This document shows positions 28,328 to 42,300 of a stretch of DNA of 64,000 nt, in pieces. The stretch lies in contig CM022670.1 of the NCBI GenBank assembly GCA_012295275.1, forward strand, positions 2,294,001-2,358,000, in the 5' to 3' direction. Position numbers and translations under genes: made by a program. This DNA comes from Chrysomallon squamiferum. Lineage: Eukaryota > Animalia > Mollusca. The notes under the pieces are model-generated. The model was given only the letters and a program-made list of their open reading frames with translations. It was not told the DNA's origin and searched no databases. The first letter of the stretch is position 1. Every line of letters starts with the position of its first letter.

Positions 28328-30698
28328 ATGTCCAATACAACTATCTGCAGTGACACCTCAGAGGCTGTAGAATTCTTTGCTCCTGCTGGTCTCTACTTGA
28401 AACCCATAGCAAAACTGAATGTCTGTGTCCAGCTTCCACAGCTAAAAGCCCCTGGCAAAACAATATCTAACTGGGAAGTGATGGAAAAAGTGAAACACAT
28501 GATAAGACCTGAGGAATTTGTGACACTGAAAATTGTTAAGAGTACTTTGGAATTTATCAGACTTGAAGGTGAGATCGAAAACAAAGGCAAAATTAAATTT
28601 CTTATTGCAAAGCTTGATGGGAAAACCATCAAACTTTGTGGCTTCACTGAAAGTCTAAAGGTCCGAGCTGCAGAAGCAAAAATTAACTTTCCCTCCAGGC
28701 ATGACTGGGATTCCTATTTCCGTGATGCTAAGAATATGAATGAGATGAAATCTGGTGAGAGACCTGACACAATCCATCTTAAAGAACTACCTACTCGTTG
28801 GTTTTCCTGTCACAAGGACAAGAAGAAAGATATTCCCAGTGAACAGATTCTGAGACGAGTTTTTGATGTATTTGGCGAAGTTAGGTGTGTTGATATTCCC
28901 ATGTTGGACCCATACAGAAAGGAAATTATTGCTGCATCAAAATCTGGCTTGATTCAAACGTTCAGTTATGGCCAAGATTTGACATTTGATGCATTTGTCC
29001 AGTTCAAAGAGTACATCAGTTTTGTCAAGTCTATGGATGCTCTAAGAGGAATGAAGCTGATGTACAAAGATGAAAAGGATGACAAAGCTTACACAACTAA
29101 CATCAAGGTAAGCTGTAAACACATCTTTAACATTCAGAAATTTTCAGTTAAAACTGTTTTTCACAGTTTACTCTACACAGGGAAGAGGCTTTGCATTTAG
29201 AATATTTTTGTAACAGATATCATTTCCTTATCTTAAAAGTTAATTGCACTAGTGGTATCTTAAATATTTTTATCAGTTACCTGTTCTTATAGATTGACAG
29301 ATAAGTATTCAGTATTAATATAATAACTGGTAATTATTATTTTAGGTTGATTTTGACAAAACAAAACATCTGAGTGATAAAAATATAAGGAAAAGACGTC
29401 TTGAACGGGAAAAACTAGAAGCCCTAGAACGAGAAAGAGAAGAAAAAGCAAGAAAGTTAAAAGAAGATGAAGAGCGAAAGAAAGAAGAAGAAAGGTAAAT
29501 TTATACACATAATATTTTTAAATAAATATATTGTTATTTATTGTTTTTCAATATCTGTTCGTATTTTTCAAATTATTTTTTTATTAATTTATGGTAATTA
29601 AATGTGCATGTTTGTGTGTATACATGTTTATGTATGACTAATTAAATTAAAGTGGGCCATTAATCATGAAAAATCCTTTTAGACAAATCAAATTTATCTA
29701 AATCATTTTAAACAACTACACAAAAAAACAGCCTTAATCATTGGCTGAATTTTGCTTAGAGAAATCTGTAATATATTTTTTTAGACAGAAGAAAATTGAA
29801 GAAGAGCAAGAAAAAGAAAGAAAAAAGCAAGAAAAGATCCAAAGGAAAATTGATCGCAGGAAAGAAAGAGAAGCTATCCGACAGCAAAGACGTTTGGAGA
29901 GAAAGAGAAAAGAGGAGGAAGAGAAGATCAGATTAAAGATTGCGATGGAGGAGAGGAGATTACTGGTTGATCAGAGGAAACTGGAGTCACTTAGACTTCT
30001 CTCTGAACTCTTTAACAGAATAAAGGTCCGTTTATAACTTTTCACTTTAAATTTTATATATAAAATACATTAAATTTGTCTTGGAAACTTGTTTTAATCC
30101 AAACATTTTTTTATTTGCACAGATTAAAAAAACCCAAAGAAAACTAATTTTTAATCACAGTAAATTCTCCATTAAAAGAAAGAAGAAAACATTTGTATTT
30201 TGTTGGAGTTATCTACCTTGTTTTGCTATTAGAGTAGTAGCACACACACACACACACACACACACACAATAAAATAAAACCAAAATATTCAAGTAATACA
30301 GTATTTTAGTATGTCATTAAATAGGCTGTAATAATACCTAAATATTAAAAGCTATCACAGTGTTGTTAAGCACATATTAATATGTTGTTTGTTTTTTTAA
30401 ATTTTAGGATGAAAAGTTAAAAGAAGATTTACAAGAGCAGGAAAAAGAACTGGAACGAGAAAAAATGCGGCAAATTGAAATGGAAAGAAAACGCAAGCTG
30501 GAGGAAGAGATGCAGAAGACAGAAGCAAAGAAATTGAAGAAAGAACAGCTTGCCCAGCAGGAGAAAGAACTGAGAGATAAAATTCTCAAACACATGAAGG
30601 AGAAAGAAGAAAAGGAGCAGGAGGTTCAGCGGGAGGAGTTAAGAAAGAAATTTTCCGGTAAACGGAAACTGAAAAGTGCTGTCATCATGAAGAGATGA
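28328..30698 (+). CDS. AKAP17A: A-kinase anchor protein 17A / splicing factor SFRS17A (XE7) homolog, 486 aa
   Basis: Exons 28328-29107, 29346-29494, 29785-30025 and 30408-30698 total 1461 nt with phases 0, 2, 0. Motifs: DTSEAV..GLYLKPIAK, LPQLKAPGKTISNWEVMEK, FPSRHDWDSYFRDAK, GERPDTIHL, VDIPMLDPYR (RRM-like region), NIK|VDFDKTKHLS, then a long E/K/R coiled coil. Confidence 0.93.
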
Positions 30699-31990
30699 CT
30701 ACATACTACACTGGCTGAGCAGTCTGGTCAGTTAGTTTGAAAAAAGGAAGAAGAAGATCTTCAACAGCTGCTGATGCTGTAATGTGAATTCAGCCTCTAT
30801 GATGAGTGGAATTGCAGCAGATTATGTAACTGAAAATGTTTCTTGAATTTTTCAGTGTTTGAATAAGCTAATCATGAGAAGAAAATGCTGGTGTTGCTGA
30901 ACCATCTTGATTGGCTGAATTGCTAAAGTTGACCTGAATCACCTTGGTGTGTTCGACTGCTCATTTCACCTGAACCACCTTTGTGTGTTGAATTGTTAAT
31001 TTTCAGATTAGTCAGTTTTGCTCAAATTTCAAGCTGGCCAATGTTTAAGAATGCAAAACAAAACAGAAAATATTGATGTTACTGAAATCAGTGGCTGGGA
31101 AAATGGAGAGGTGGAGTGCCATTTATACTAAATCTTTTAATGGGTTTTTAATCGAAAATATTTCAGAATTTTCATATCAATCAATGTTTAAGAAAGTGTT
31201 ATATGAAACAGATGAATATGTTCATGCTGACAATAAGTCTATTAAATTGTGAATGGCATGACAGGCAGATCAATACTGCTGAACATTCTGAATAAGCAAT
31301 ATAATGCCAAATTACTGGTATATATAATCTGGCATATCAAGCTCACTGAAATATCATTTCATTAATAAAATAATTTTAAAAATATACACATTCACTGAAA
31401 TAGCTCATTTTATTATTTTTATTAATATCTTATTTTTTTACCAAAGAGCATCAAACAGTGATGAACTGATGATGAATCAACACAATAAAATCGGTTACTG
31501 ATATTACTGCCCTTACTGTTTTAACATGCTGTGGTGAAAAACAGTTTGACAATGAGTGTTACGGAATTTTAAGTTTTACATAATCTTTAATTAATTTCTT
31601 TTCTTTTTTTAAATTTTTAATTAATGTTTTAAATAATTATTAGTATTAAGGCAGTGGTTTTAGATCTAACTGTGACAAATATTACACATTTCAGTCATAT
31701 TGGCTGCACATTGTGAGTTTTATTTGACCCGGTGAACATACTATGTATATCATTCCATCTTTTGATTGTGATATTCATTCTTATGTTTATCATTATGTAC
31801 ATAAGATATTGTTTTTCAGTGAAAAGTGAATTAAGAGATTAAAATTTACAAAACTAATTTTGTGATGAGAAAGATGAGTTTTTATATAGATATATATATA
31901 AATATGTACTTGAAAATGAAAGTGTTTAATTACAGAGATGTTGACATTGATTTTATTTTATTATTATTATTATTTCTTTCTCTCTCTCAT

Positions 31991-32033
<43 letters not shown>

Positions 32034-33539
32034 TTTTAATATAATTAATTCTTTGTGAAAAACACACAAGATGCCTGTAATGAAAATTCATGTACAGGAG
32101 TTTTGTGTTTGTTTGGATTTTGTTTTTTGTTTTTTTGTTTATGTTTATGTTTTTAAAACTACTGATCTACCTCTTTCATGTCAAAATGTCAATAAAATGT
32201 TCCTGAAATTTTTATCAGAGGTTTTTATTTTATTTTATTTTTTCAACATTTATATAACCTTTTTTTTTTTTTTGCTTACAATCCTTATAGGATCATCAGA
32301 TTTATACATTTGACGCGTGAATGAATACAACATTATAACAATACCTTTTAAAAATTAAATATATTCATCTATCCTAAAATAATTATTTGCAAAGGTTATT
32401 TTTTCCATAAAAAAAAAAAAAAAAAAATTTCTCAGGAGAGTTGAGCATCATCTTAGCTGCAGATCTTTCTTTGTTCAAATACTTCAGAGATTTAGAACCA
32501 CCAAAACATCAGTGATCTTGAAAACCTGCAGGGAAGACACAGCCATTTCTGTGTTAACATTCTCTTTACAAATAAAATTACAGATGTCTATGAAATGTCA
32601 GGACTAAACTTTAATTGTTTTATGTAGTTGTCTAGCCATAGAATTCTGAAACTGAGAGATATATTTGCTTTTATAAGCAGACAAAGTATATTAAGATAAT
32701 TACAGACTGAAAATTGAGAATCTCTGGAACTCGTCAAATTCATGTTTTGTTATCAGTTGATGAATTACAAAGCTTGTAAAATATAGACTTTACAATGCTT
32801 AAAATTTAGCCTAAATGGAAGTATGTATTGGCTGGACAAGACTTGCAGAAGAAGTTTATAATTAAGCATCATTTGTGACTTCATATTTAGTGTAAGTCAT
32901 AATCTCAATTACTTGATGTACTATAAATATCATTCCGAAAGGTAGTAACAATCTCATAAAATATCATTAAAAAAAGCTATTAGAATCAATACTACAACAT
33001 TAATAGATAAGATGGTTGTGAGGGAATTTATCTGAATAGAAATATAAATTAAATATTTAGATAATCATGTTTCATGTTACAGCCTTTCTTCTTCTTCTTC
33101 TTCTTCTTCTTCTTCTTCTTGTTATTATTATTATCATCATGATTATTATTATTTATTAATTTTTATTTCCTTTTTTTACTTTTAAATGAAACGGACAACT
33201 GCATACAACTGAAGAGAAAAAAATAATTGAATATTTTTACAGTAAAAGGCGATAAATTATTAAAAAAAAAAAAAAAAAACCCCACATACATTCAAATAAG
33301 AAAAAATGTAAATTGTATACCCATGGCGTCAAAAGAAACTTTATGACAAAAATCAAAAATTTCAGAAAAACAAGTTAAAACTTAATCAATGTGAAACATA
33401 TAGGCCAAACGCAACAATAATCTATGCAGAAAATGAAAAGTGAAAAGCACATGCCGCCTGAACAACACCAGTTAGAGTATAAAAAAATGATGAAGACTGC
33501 ATGTCATGTACATACAGTGACAAAACATCGTCACAGGAA

Positions 33540-34150
33540 TGACATTCGAGCGAGCCGTAGGTATAGTACAAATGATAGTTACCCCCTGGCATTTATTGCA
33601 CGAGCTCTTCAGTTATTGCCATGTAACGATCATGAATCAACGTTACAAGCAGACAGGGCAAATGTCAGGCAAGCCAAGTACAGGCAGATACAGAACAACG
33701 CCCTATGAAGACTGGTGCATCTAAGGAATTACTTCCTGACAATGAAATCAGTGACGAATGACTCAGGTTATAGGTTTAATCTACGAGGCGACTCGGTTTG
33801 TGCTTAAGGAGAAAGAGCTTACAGACCGCACAGAGGACACAAACTGAGATGTGTCGTCACTGGCAGAGGGTCGTTTTCTCCGACGAAAACCATTTCTGTC
33901 TGTTCAGAGCTGATGGAAGAGAACGTGTTTACCACTGAAGAGGAGAAAGTCATGCTGTATGGTCCAGGGAGTGTTAGTAGCAATCTGTTTATTGCTAACC
34001 AAAACGTGACAGCTCAGCATTACATCGATGGCATTTTGCATTTTGACTGTCCTTCCATATCTTTATGTGTCATTCATCAGCACAACGCCAAACCTCACAC
34101 AGCTAGGAATAAAGCTTTTGAAATCTGCCATTTGTGTTTATGTTACTCAT
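33540..34150 (+). mobile_element. Degenerate Tc1/mariner (Tc1-like) transposase remnant
   Basis: Frameshifted, stop-containing fragments in the canonical order: PSTGRYRTTPYEDWCI (GRPR..ED-like), WQRVVFSDENHFCLFRADGRERVY (first catalytic Asp, 33861-33932), NVTAQHYIDGIL, HQHNAKPHTAR (decayed QQDNARPH). I could not identify TIRs, so boundaries are approximate. Confidence 0.8.
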
Positions 34151-35514
34151 AGGCTATGGATTTGTATGATATGAATAACCATGTCTCAGATATTTGATTT
34201 ATATTTGGTGCTTTAAGATAGTTATGTGATAAATGTTATAATAATAAGAAAGCAGCACAAATAAAGGCCAAAAAAAAAAAAAAATTAATAAATAATAATA
34301 ATAATAAATAATAAATAATAATAATAATTGTGGTAACAAGAAATGATCCAAGAAATGCGACCGAATGTGAGGTATTAATGTAAAATATATAATATCAAGT
34401 AAACTACAGACGTGACAGGTATCATTGTCAGCTTTCCTCAGAATCCCAACCGTTGTTTTCTCGTTCCAGTCAAAAGTCGTGGAATGTGTTTTCGTATTCA
34501 TGGGAAAATGATTATCTCATATTATCAAAGTTATCTAAGTCTATAATTTATCTAAGAATGTGTTCAAGTACTAATTTGCCAGACTTAAAGATATTTTGAC
34601 CCAGTATATTTTAACAAAGATCTACTGATGATACAATTGCAGTATTGTATGAGCAACGTTTTTTAATTTAAATTTTGATTTGTAATGACAAATCAGATCA
34701 TTACGTATTCATTTAACTTAGCGGTTATTTAATTCATGTATGATGAATACGCGCTGGGCATGGTCCCTAGAGATTTATATTCCTTTTTGTGTTGATAATA
34801 TCCTTGTTTTTGAAAAATGTATGTTACATAATCAAGTACATCAGAACTGATAATCAAGTCATCAGAATTTGTTTAATGGTCTTTGTTATTTCACACAAAG
34901 TAAAATGAAATGTATAATTTATTGCAATAGTTATTCCTTACTTGCGTGTTGTAGTGTCATTATGTTTAATGTAACGTTATGATTTATTACTTAAAATTAT
35001 TATTATTCTAATACAATTTCAAAATCGTTATGCCATGGCTTATACCATTTAGTTGAAGCTGATGGAAGAATTATAATTTGAATGGTTCTTACATGCAGTG
35101 AAAGTCTAATCATCATATTTCTAGAGTTTTAATGACAATATGTTTATTTAAAAAAAAAAATAAATAAATAAATAAATAAAAAAAAACTTGAAAAAAATTT
35201 ACTGAAACAGCAAAAACAAAACATATTAATAATAATAATAATAAATAAAATAAATAAACTAAAAAAAAAAATGAAAACCAAAACAAATTAAAATGGATAA
35301 GAATGATACGTTTTAAACATTAAAACATTAAAGCTGGAAAAGAAAAACCTTTTCCTGACTGTGGTTTACAATATTGCATTTACTGGGTGTGTTTTTTATA
35401 AAAAAAATTATTATTACCATATATATAAGAGTGATCTTTAACACAAGTTTTCTGAGTGTAGGCAAGTATATAGATATAAAATATATTTTAATATGAAACT
35501 GGTAAAAACAAAGC

Positions 35515-35560
<46 letters not shown>

Positions 35561-35639
35561 TTAATTAGTAGTAATTAATATATACATATATATATAAAAG
35601 AACTGATGAGATGTCGTTAAATATTAATTTATTCTAAGA

Positions 35640-35767
35640 AGGATTAAAATGTTGTATTTAACGAAATACTTATTTTAATCTACGGTTGTATGGCTCCATA
35701 TATAAATAAAGATCGTAGCAATATCGAAAACGGAAACCGACCATGAAAATAAAAATATTCTTATCCG

Positions 35768-35817
<50 letters not shown>

Positions 35818-35900
35818 AGGAATAATTTATAAGCATTATCCCAAACAGAAGAAAACGTTTCTGAACGCCTTTGATAAATTAGTCGTGAGAAAAAGACCAA
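35640..35900. mobile_element. Degenerate dispersed repeat (SINE/MITE-like); related fragments near 5710, 9750-9850, 10455-10565 and 45430-45510
   Basis: Shared decayed motifs occur in the same order across copies: atttaac..ctacggtt..ggaaac(c)..cagcaaggg/agatcttt..atatgcac/atccc..agtcgtg/catgag. They resemble, from memory, an abundant gastropod interspersed repeat. Confidence 0.45.
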
Positions 35901-37433
35901 ATGTGAACAATGACGAAGAAGTATCGTGCTACCAAGTGCACCTCATCTTAGTGTTCTGCCAGAGAGACACACCACGATCCTCAACCTAATAATACTTGTG
36001 TTATTCAGTTGTCTGTATCTAACAGTCACCCCAAGCGAAATGGACTGAAACTCAACGCTCTGCATTGCTCCGACGTAACGACTCTGTTTTCCAAGTGGTT
36101 AACAGAAGACCTCGGTAACTTCAGTTATTCTAAAATCTGTTCTATACAAAGCGGTTAAAAATGGTCAGTTGACAGTGATGGCTTGACACAGGTCAAGTTC
36201 CTGTTGACAGCTTTCAGCATTTCAGTCATTCTGTATTCCATTGTAATTAGCAGAATTAAAATGATCAAATGATACAGGTCATCTTCAGATAATGAGACGT
36301 TTCCTGTTGACAAACCTCGCCAGTTCTTTAACAACCTGTAATTTGACTTGGCAGATGTGTATTAAACTCAGACTGTTCAGCTCTTCAGCTCAAGGGTTAG
36401 GTTAAACCAATTTTGAATTTATGTGATAAAGTATGGTAGCGGCAGTTGGTAAATAAAATGTTAGAAGAGAAAATATTTTTAAGAATCGTATCCATTACTC
36501 GGTTCACTGTATTCTTGCTGTTGCGGAAACAAACTGCCTAAATATATTTTATAAAAGCCTGTGCATGGAAAATAAATAAAATTATAATAAAATAAACTTA
36601 TAACACAAGTTAGTGGGACAGTTTACTATTTTCGCACATTATTTATTACGTTTAAATAAAGAAAATATGTTAGAACGGACAATTCAATTTTGCAGTGATT
36701 TTCACTGTACGTGAAGCGTTTTTGACATTTCTGTGTACGAAATGATATAATGCAGTTATTGATATTAGTACAAATAAATCAATTAAATGGAAAGACACTA
36801 AATGTATTGAGCCTTTTTGTTCTAGTATGCAGACTTGTAATAAAATGTATTATTAAATCCAGTAGATTTTTATGTTGTTCGGTGCAAAACGATTCCATCG
36901 CGTATATTCCCTAAGAGGTTCTATAAATGAGCATCACAGTAATAACAGCCCTCAAGTGATAATACGGCTAAACTATGAAATAAAACGAACCAAAACGACA
37001 AAATAAGAAAGACTCTCACCAATATTCGCATTAACAAATATTTAATGATATTCTTTTTCTTGCTTGTATCATATGGCAGACATAATGTATTAATCAGAGC
37101 GAAAAGTACAGCAACGTGTGAATGGTGAAGTCGGGAAATCACGTACCCATCCGAAATCATAAACACTCTTCTCGCAGGATGAATGAATAGACGATGTGGG
37201 AAACGTTATTATTATCGAATGATGAATGTTTCAAAGAAAACCAGCAGTCTTTAGTCGATGACTATTAATATCGACTGATGACAAACTCTTTTAATTGCAC
37301 TGAGATTGTCTGATGAAAAGAATATGGCATGGAGTGTACATGTTACAGTCTTTGCTGCAGACTACATATACTATTGTTATATTTTTTCTTTTTGTTTTCT
37401 TTTTTGTTTTGTTTTGTTTTTATTTTCTTTCTT

Positions 37434-37464
<31 letters not shown>

Positions 37465-38449
37465 TTATTATTATTATTATTATTTAAAAAAAAATTATTA
37501 TTATTTTTACATTTCAGATTTATAAATGTATTAACATTGAAATTTACGTGACATGCGCAATTTTTTCCTTCCATGATTTGTTTTTGTTACATTTATTTAT
37601 TTCTTATCTTTCTTTTTTAATTAAATTTTAGATTTTATTTATTCTTATTTTATTTTTTTATTATTATTATATATATATTATTTTTTATTAATCCTTAGGT
37701 TAATTTCCTACATCATGGATTGGATTACTGAAGACGGAACACTAGTCGGAAGAAGAATGAATTATTACCGACAGAGCCAGCGACCAGTGACATTTACAGC
37801 AGTAACTCTGTTACGTAGACAAAGCGCAGTCCACAGTAAATCACGTTTTACAGGAATATGTGTAAATCTGATACTCGCACTTGTCTCCAAAATGTCAAAT
37901 GCTTGTCATAACAGCACAAAGCTTAACATGCTAATTGGAATAGCCGCGCAATTTAAAAAACATCTTAAACGTCTTCATTTTCTAATCTTTAAATAATTAA
38001 GTGAGAAAAAAAATTGGATTTCTATCTTCCTTCTGTGTCGTGACTGCGTTTGGATGTGCGTATTTAGGTAATATTTTTTATTTTGTTAAGTATAAAAGTG
38101 CATTTACATTTTAACTGAAATTATTCACAGTAAGTGTAACAATATACTGGAATAATAATTTGATTTCTTAACGGATCAATTTAATTAGTTTTGATTTTAT
38201 TTTATTTATTTATTTCTTATTACTACTACTAGTAGTAGTTGCTTAAGCAGTTAGTAGTAGCCGTTGTAGTAGTTGTTGCATTACCGGTAACCCTAGTAAG
38301 AGATGTAGTAATAGTAGTAGTAATAGTTATTGAAAGATAACAGAAATAGTTGCAATAATGACCGGCCTAGTAATAGTTGTGATCATAGTAGTAGCAGCAA
38401 CAGAGTTAGCAGAAACAATTATAGCTAATAGCTTATTTTAATAACATAA

Positions 38450-38484
<35 letters not shown>

Positions 38485-39321
38485 AATTAAAATCATTTTC
38501 ATGAAGTAAATGTAAAATTAATTCTTAATAACCCTCCAGTACAAAAACGCGTTGACTACAAGTTGTCAGATGGAAATATGTGAGAAATAAAACAAATACC
38601 TTTGATTACGAGATTTCATGAATCTTGATTTCACATTGCATGTCGTTCTCCATTGATTTATTTTCACGAATTCTGTATATTTATGCATATCTATGTCTGA
38701 CCTAAAGATTTAAAAAAATAATAATAATAGTAATAACAATAATAATAATAGAAAAGATTCAAAAAGATGAAAACTCATCAAAATCCTAATATTTTATTGA
38801 ATTTTAAAGACAGAGAAAATCAAATGTAAAAGTCAATTATAAAGTGTACAAAGCTTTTACAAGTTATAAAAAAATAGTTATATTAAACTGCCAGGGTATT
38901 TTTATTTCGAATTATAAACTCTATATATATTTTTCATTTCATTGTCTGTTTTTAATTTAATTTTTTTATATGGGCCTCTCTCTCTCTCTTTCTCTGAAGT
39001 GTATAAATATGACAAGATGGCTTTCAGAAAAATGAACTATATGCACGGTAATGTATAAAAAGTGCATGGAATTAATATAATGGTAATAAAAATAATAATC
39101 AGTGGCAATAAAAATATTTTATCTGTCAATCAGTTCTGGTTCTGTTAATATCCATAGCGTTTAACTATTTATATTGCATATACACATTTGATCAGTTTCT
39201 TCAGTTATTTATTCTTTTGCGCTTCGACAACTCAAATCCCAGAACTGCACGCATCTGTTATGTAGTCGAATCATCCTTTTTTGTTTATCACGAAACTCAT
39301 AACGAAATGTTGGTGTCGGTT

Positions 39322-42300
39322 CTAAGACCAGTAGTATAACCAGTAAATAAGGTTGAAGATGATGAAAGCTAGTGGAAAAACAATTCTTGATGCTTTGTCG
39401 ATGTAAAATACTTTATGTCTGACTGGACCGTCGATTACTTGATGATGTGATGAACCATGGCAATTAGGACAATGATCTTCTGCTATCTGAAACAAAGAAG
39501 CCAGTTATATATATATGTTGTGTAATCGCGAGCTGCAAAAAATAAATAAAATATAATAAAATAAAATAAATAAAATAAAATAAAATAAAATAAATAAAAA
39601 AATAAAAAAATTAAAAAAAATAAAAATAAATAAATAAATAAATAATGAATAGTCAGACACAACCAGTAAACCTAAGCTAGATGACAATACTAATATTTTT
39701 TACGTTCCAACCAATACTCCATTGGTTTTAACCTCAATATTAGAATGCGCTTACATAAATATACACACACAATCATATACTGTTATTTATATAACGCTGA
39801 ATTAAAGAAAATCTCGTAAAGTTAAACTTTCTTCGTTTTAAAATGAATAACAACAACAACAACAACAACAAAACAATAAGCATAGAAGAATTTAAAGCCC
39901 ATCATTCGCTCACCTTACACGCTGGAGTAAAAGCGTAACTACTCGCGTGGCCTTTTCGAATCATTCCCACAAGTGTGGCGCAGTTTTCTTTCTTCAGTTC
40001 CTGTCTCAGCATCACGTTAACGAAGGCGTACTCCAAGAACGCCGCCACCACGAACGCCATGCAAGTGGCCATCCAGATGTCCAAGGCTTTGATGTAGCTG
40101 ACCTTGGGTAGGGACACCGTGGCAGACGAACTCTGCGTCGTGATGGTGAGGACGGTGAGGATGCCTAGGGACGTCCTCGCTGGTACTGCGTCCTCGTTGA
40201 GCCAGTGGGACACCCACGAAATGGTGACGGTGAGGCCGCTGGGCACGTACAGGTACAGGAGGTAAAAGCCCAGACGTCGCTCGAGGACAAAGTTGACCGA
40301 CAGGCAGGTGAAATTTCCTGAAACGGAAAAAAAAAAATAATAAAATAAAAAGTTTGAAAAACTGTTTTTGTGATAGGAATGAGTGATAAACGAATAATTT
40401 TTTTTTTAGACTACCTTTAGCTACATTTCGTATGTTTATTTATCATTTATAGGAATAATAAAGTAAATAAATACAGTTTTGTTACAAAGTGTACAACAAT
40501 AATCTATATGACTTTACTGGTGTTATGTAATGTTAACTGTACAGGCTTAAACAAACCCAGTTGTTGTCATTGACAGTTAGAACATAGGCAACATGTTTCA
40601 TTTCTGTTTCATAAATAAATACATTTGTCCAAGACGGTTAAAACGTATCATTAATATCTTACCTTCATTAATCGGTTCGGTACATTTTGGCAGTTCGATC
40701 TTCACAAGTTCAAACTGTGACATGGTGCTTTTGTCTTTGTATTGTATCGCCTCATTAGCCCATCTGAATACAACATTGTGTACTGTGTATGCGACTGAAA
40801 ATGCAGGTTATAAAGTTTTCCTTTAAAAAAGTTTGTCAAAGCAATATTCCACGAAACTATAGAAATGGCGGGTTTCAGTTTTACATTTAAGAAAAAAAAA
40901 TCGTTTTTGTTTCAGTTCTGCAAAACGATTATTATTGTTGTTGTTGTTTTGTTATTGTTGTTATTATAATTATTGTTGTTATTGATGATAATATTATTGT
41001 TTTTGTTACTGTTATCATTAATATTGTTGTTGTAGCTCTTATTGTTGCTGCTGCAGCTGCCACCGCTGTTGTTGTTGCTATTATTATTAAATTTATTATT
41101 ATTATTTACTTACAGCTTTGTATATGAAGAGAACAGATCTGTCTATCCATAGGGTATTTATGTAAATCCATGTAACAAGATGCAGTGATGGACACCCTTA
41201 GAATGAAATAACAGGAACAGCATATAATTTGCTGGTTTAGAAAAGAAAGCAGTTGTTTATAGAGATGTGCAAATAGCCAGGTTTTCCCATGCCTTTCGCT
41301 TTATTCATAAGAGCATAATGTATTAATCAAATATTTATGCTCTCTCTCTTTCTTTCTCTCTCTCTTGTCTGTTTAATTTAAACAAGTTTGTCGTAAAGTA
41401 TAAATACCTCTAATGTTTTTATTTTATTTTTTATTTATTAAGACAAAATTTGACCAATGCTATAAATAAACTGCTAGCCTTTTGTATGCTTCTTAATTTT
41501 ACGATGGGGTTTTTTCTCGAGGGAGATGACTAGTGATTATAAATTATGCCAATTACCATACAACCAATTTCCAAAGTGGTCCTCTGTCGCTCCAGGCGTA
41601 CTATTTTGTTTCACAAGTTTTATGAGTAACAGAATTATGTATGAATTTGTTAAATTAACAGTCACCACAGAGATCAGTTTATGACATATGATACTAACTG
41701 GAGAATTTGTTTTAACACTTAGACAACATTCTCTTACTAAGCATCAGCGTTTGTCTGCAATATACAACAACAGTGAAACTATATGTTAAAATTCAAATGC
41801 AGTGTGGCTGCTTGATGAGTTAGATTCTTGCTTCTGGCAGCTTGCTGTTGTTCATTTTAGAAAAATCATTGCCTTAACTTTGAGAACTGACCAAAGAAGT
41901 GAAAACCTTCATCTACATATCTGATGCTTAGAACAGATAAACAAAAGCCATCATTTTTAATCCTGTATCAAACAAACTGAATTATAGCAGAAATATCGGG
42001 GGTCATAATGTATTTCTGAATATTTTTCAACAGAAACAGTATGTACAGAATGGTGGGTTCGGTCTCTTTTGTTACAAATGAGGAAGATGTGACTGAAAAT
42101 GATCATTTTTCAACTCTCATCAACATTTTTGGTAAATGACATGTTTGCGAGGGCAGAGACACACAGACGTAGAGAGAGATAACTATTAGATTAATACGTT
42201 ATTTTCTTACTCATAAAATATCTTGTACAGAATGGAGTTAAGTTGGATAGAGAAAGTTCTGAGTCAGCGAAATAACTGTGAAAGCACATTTGAAAAAATT

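Noticed and set aside
28393-30595. Minus-strand ORFs overlapping AKAP17A
   Set aside because: Antisense shadows of purine-rich coding exons.
37715-37996. 93-aa plus-strand ORF
   Set aside because: No recognisable motifs or partner exons. It lies downstream of the channel's stop codon and is probably non-coding.
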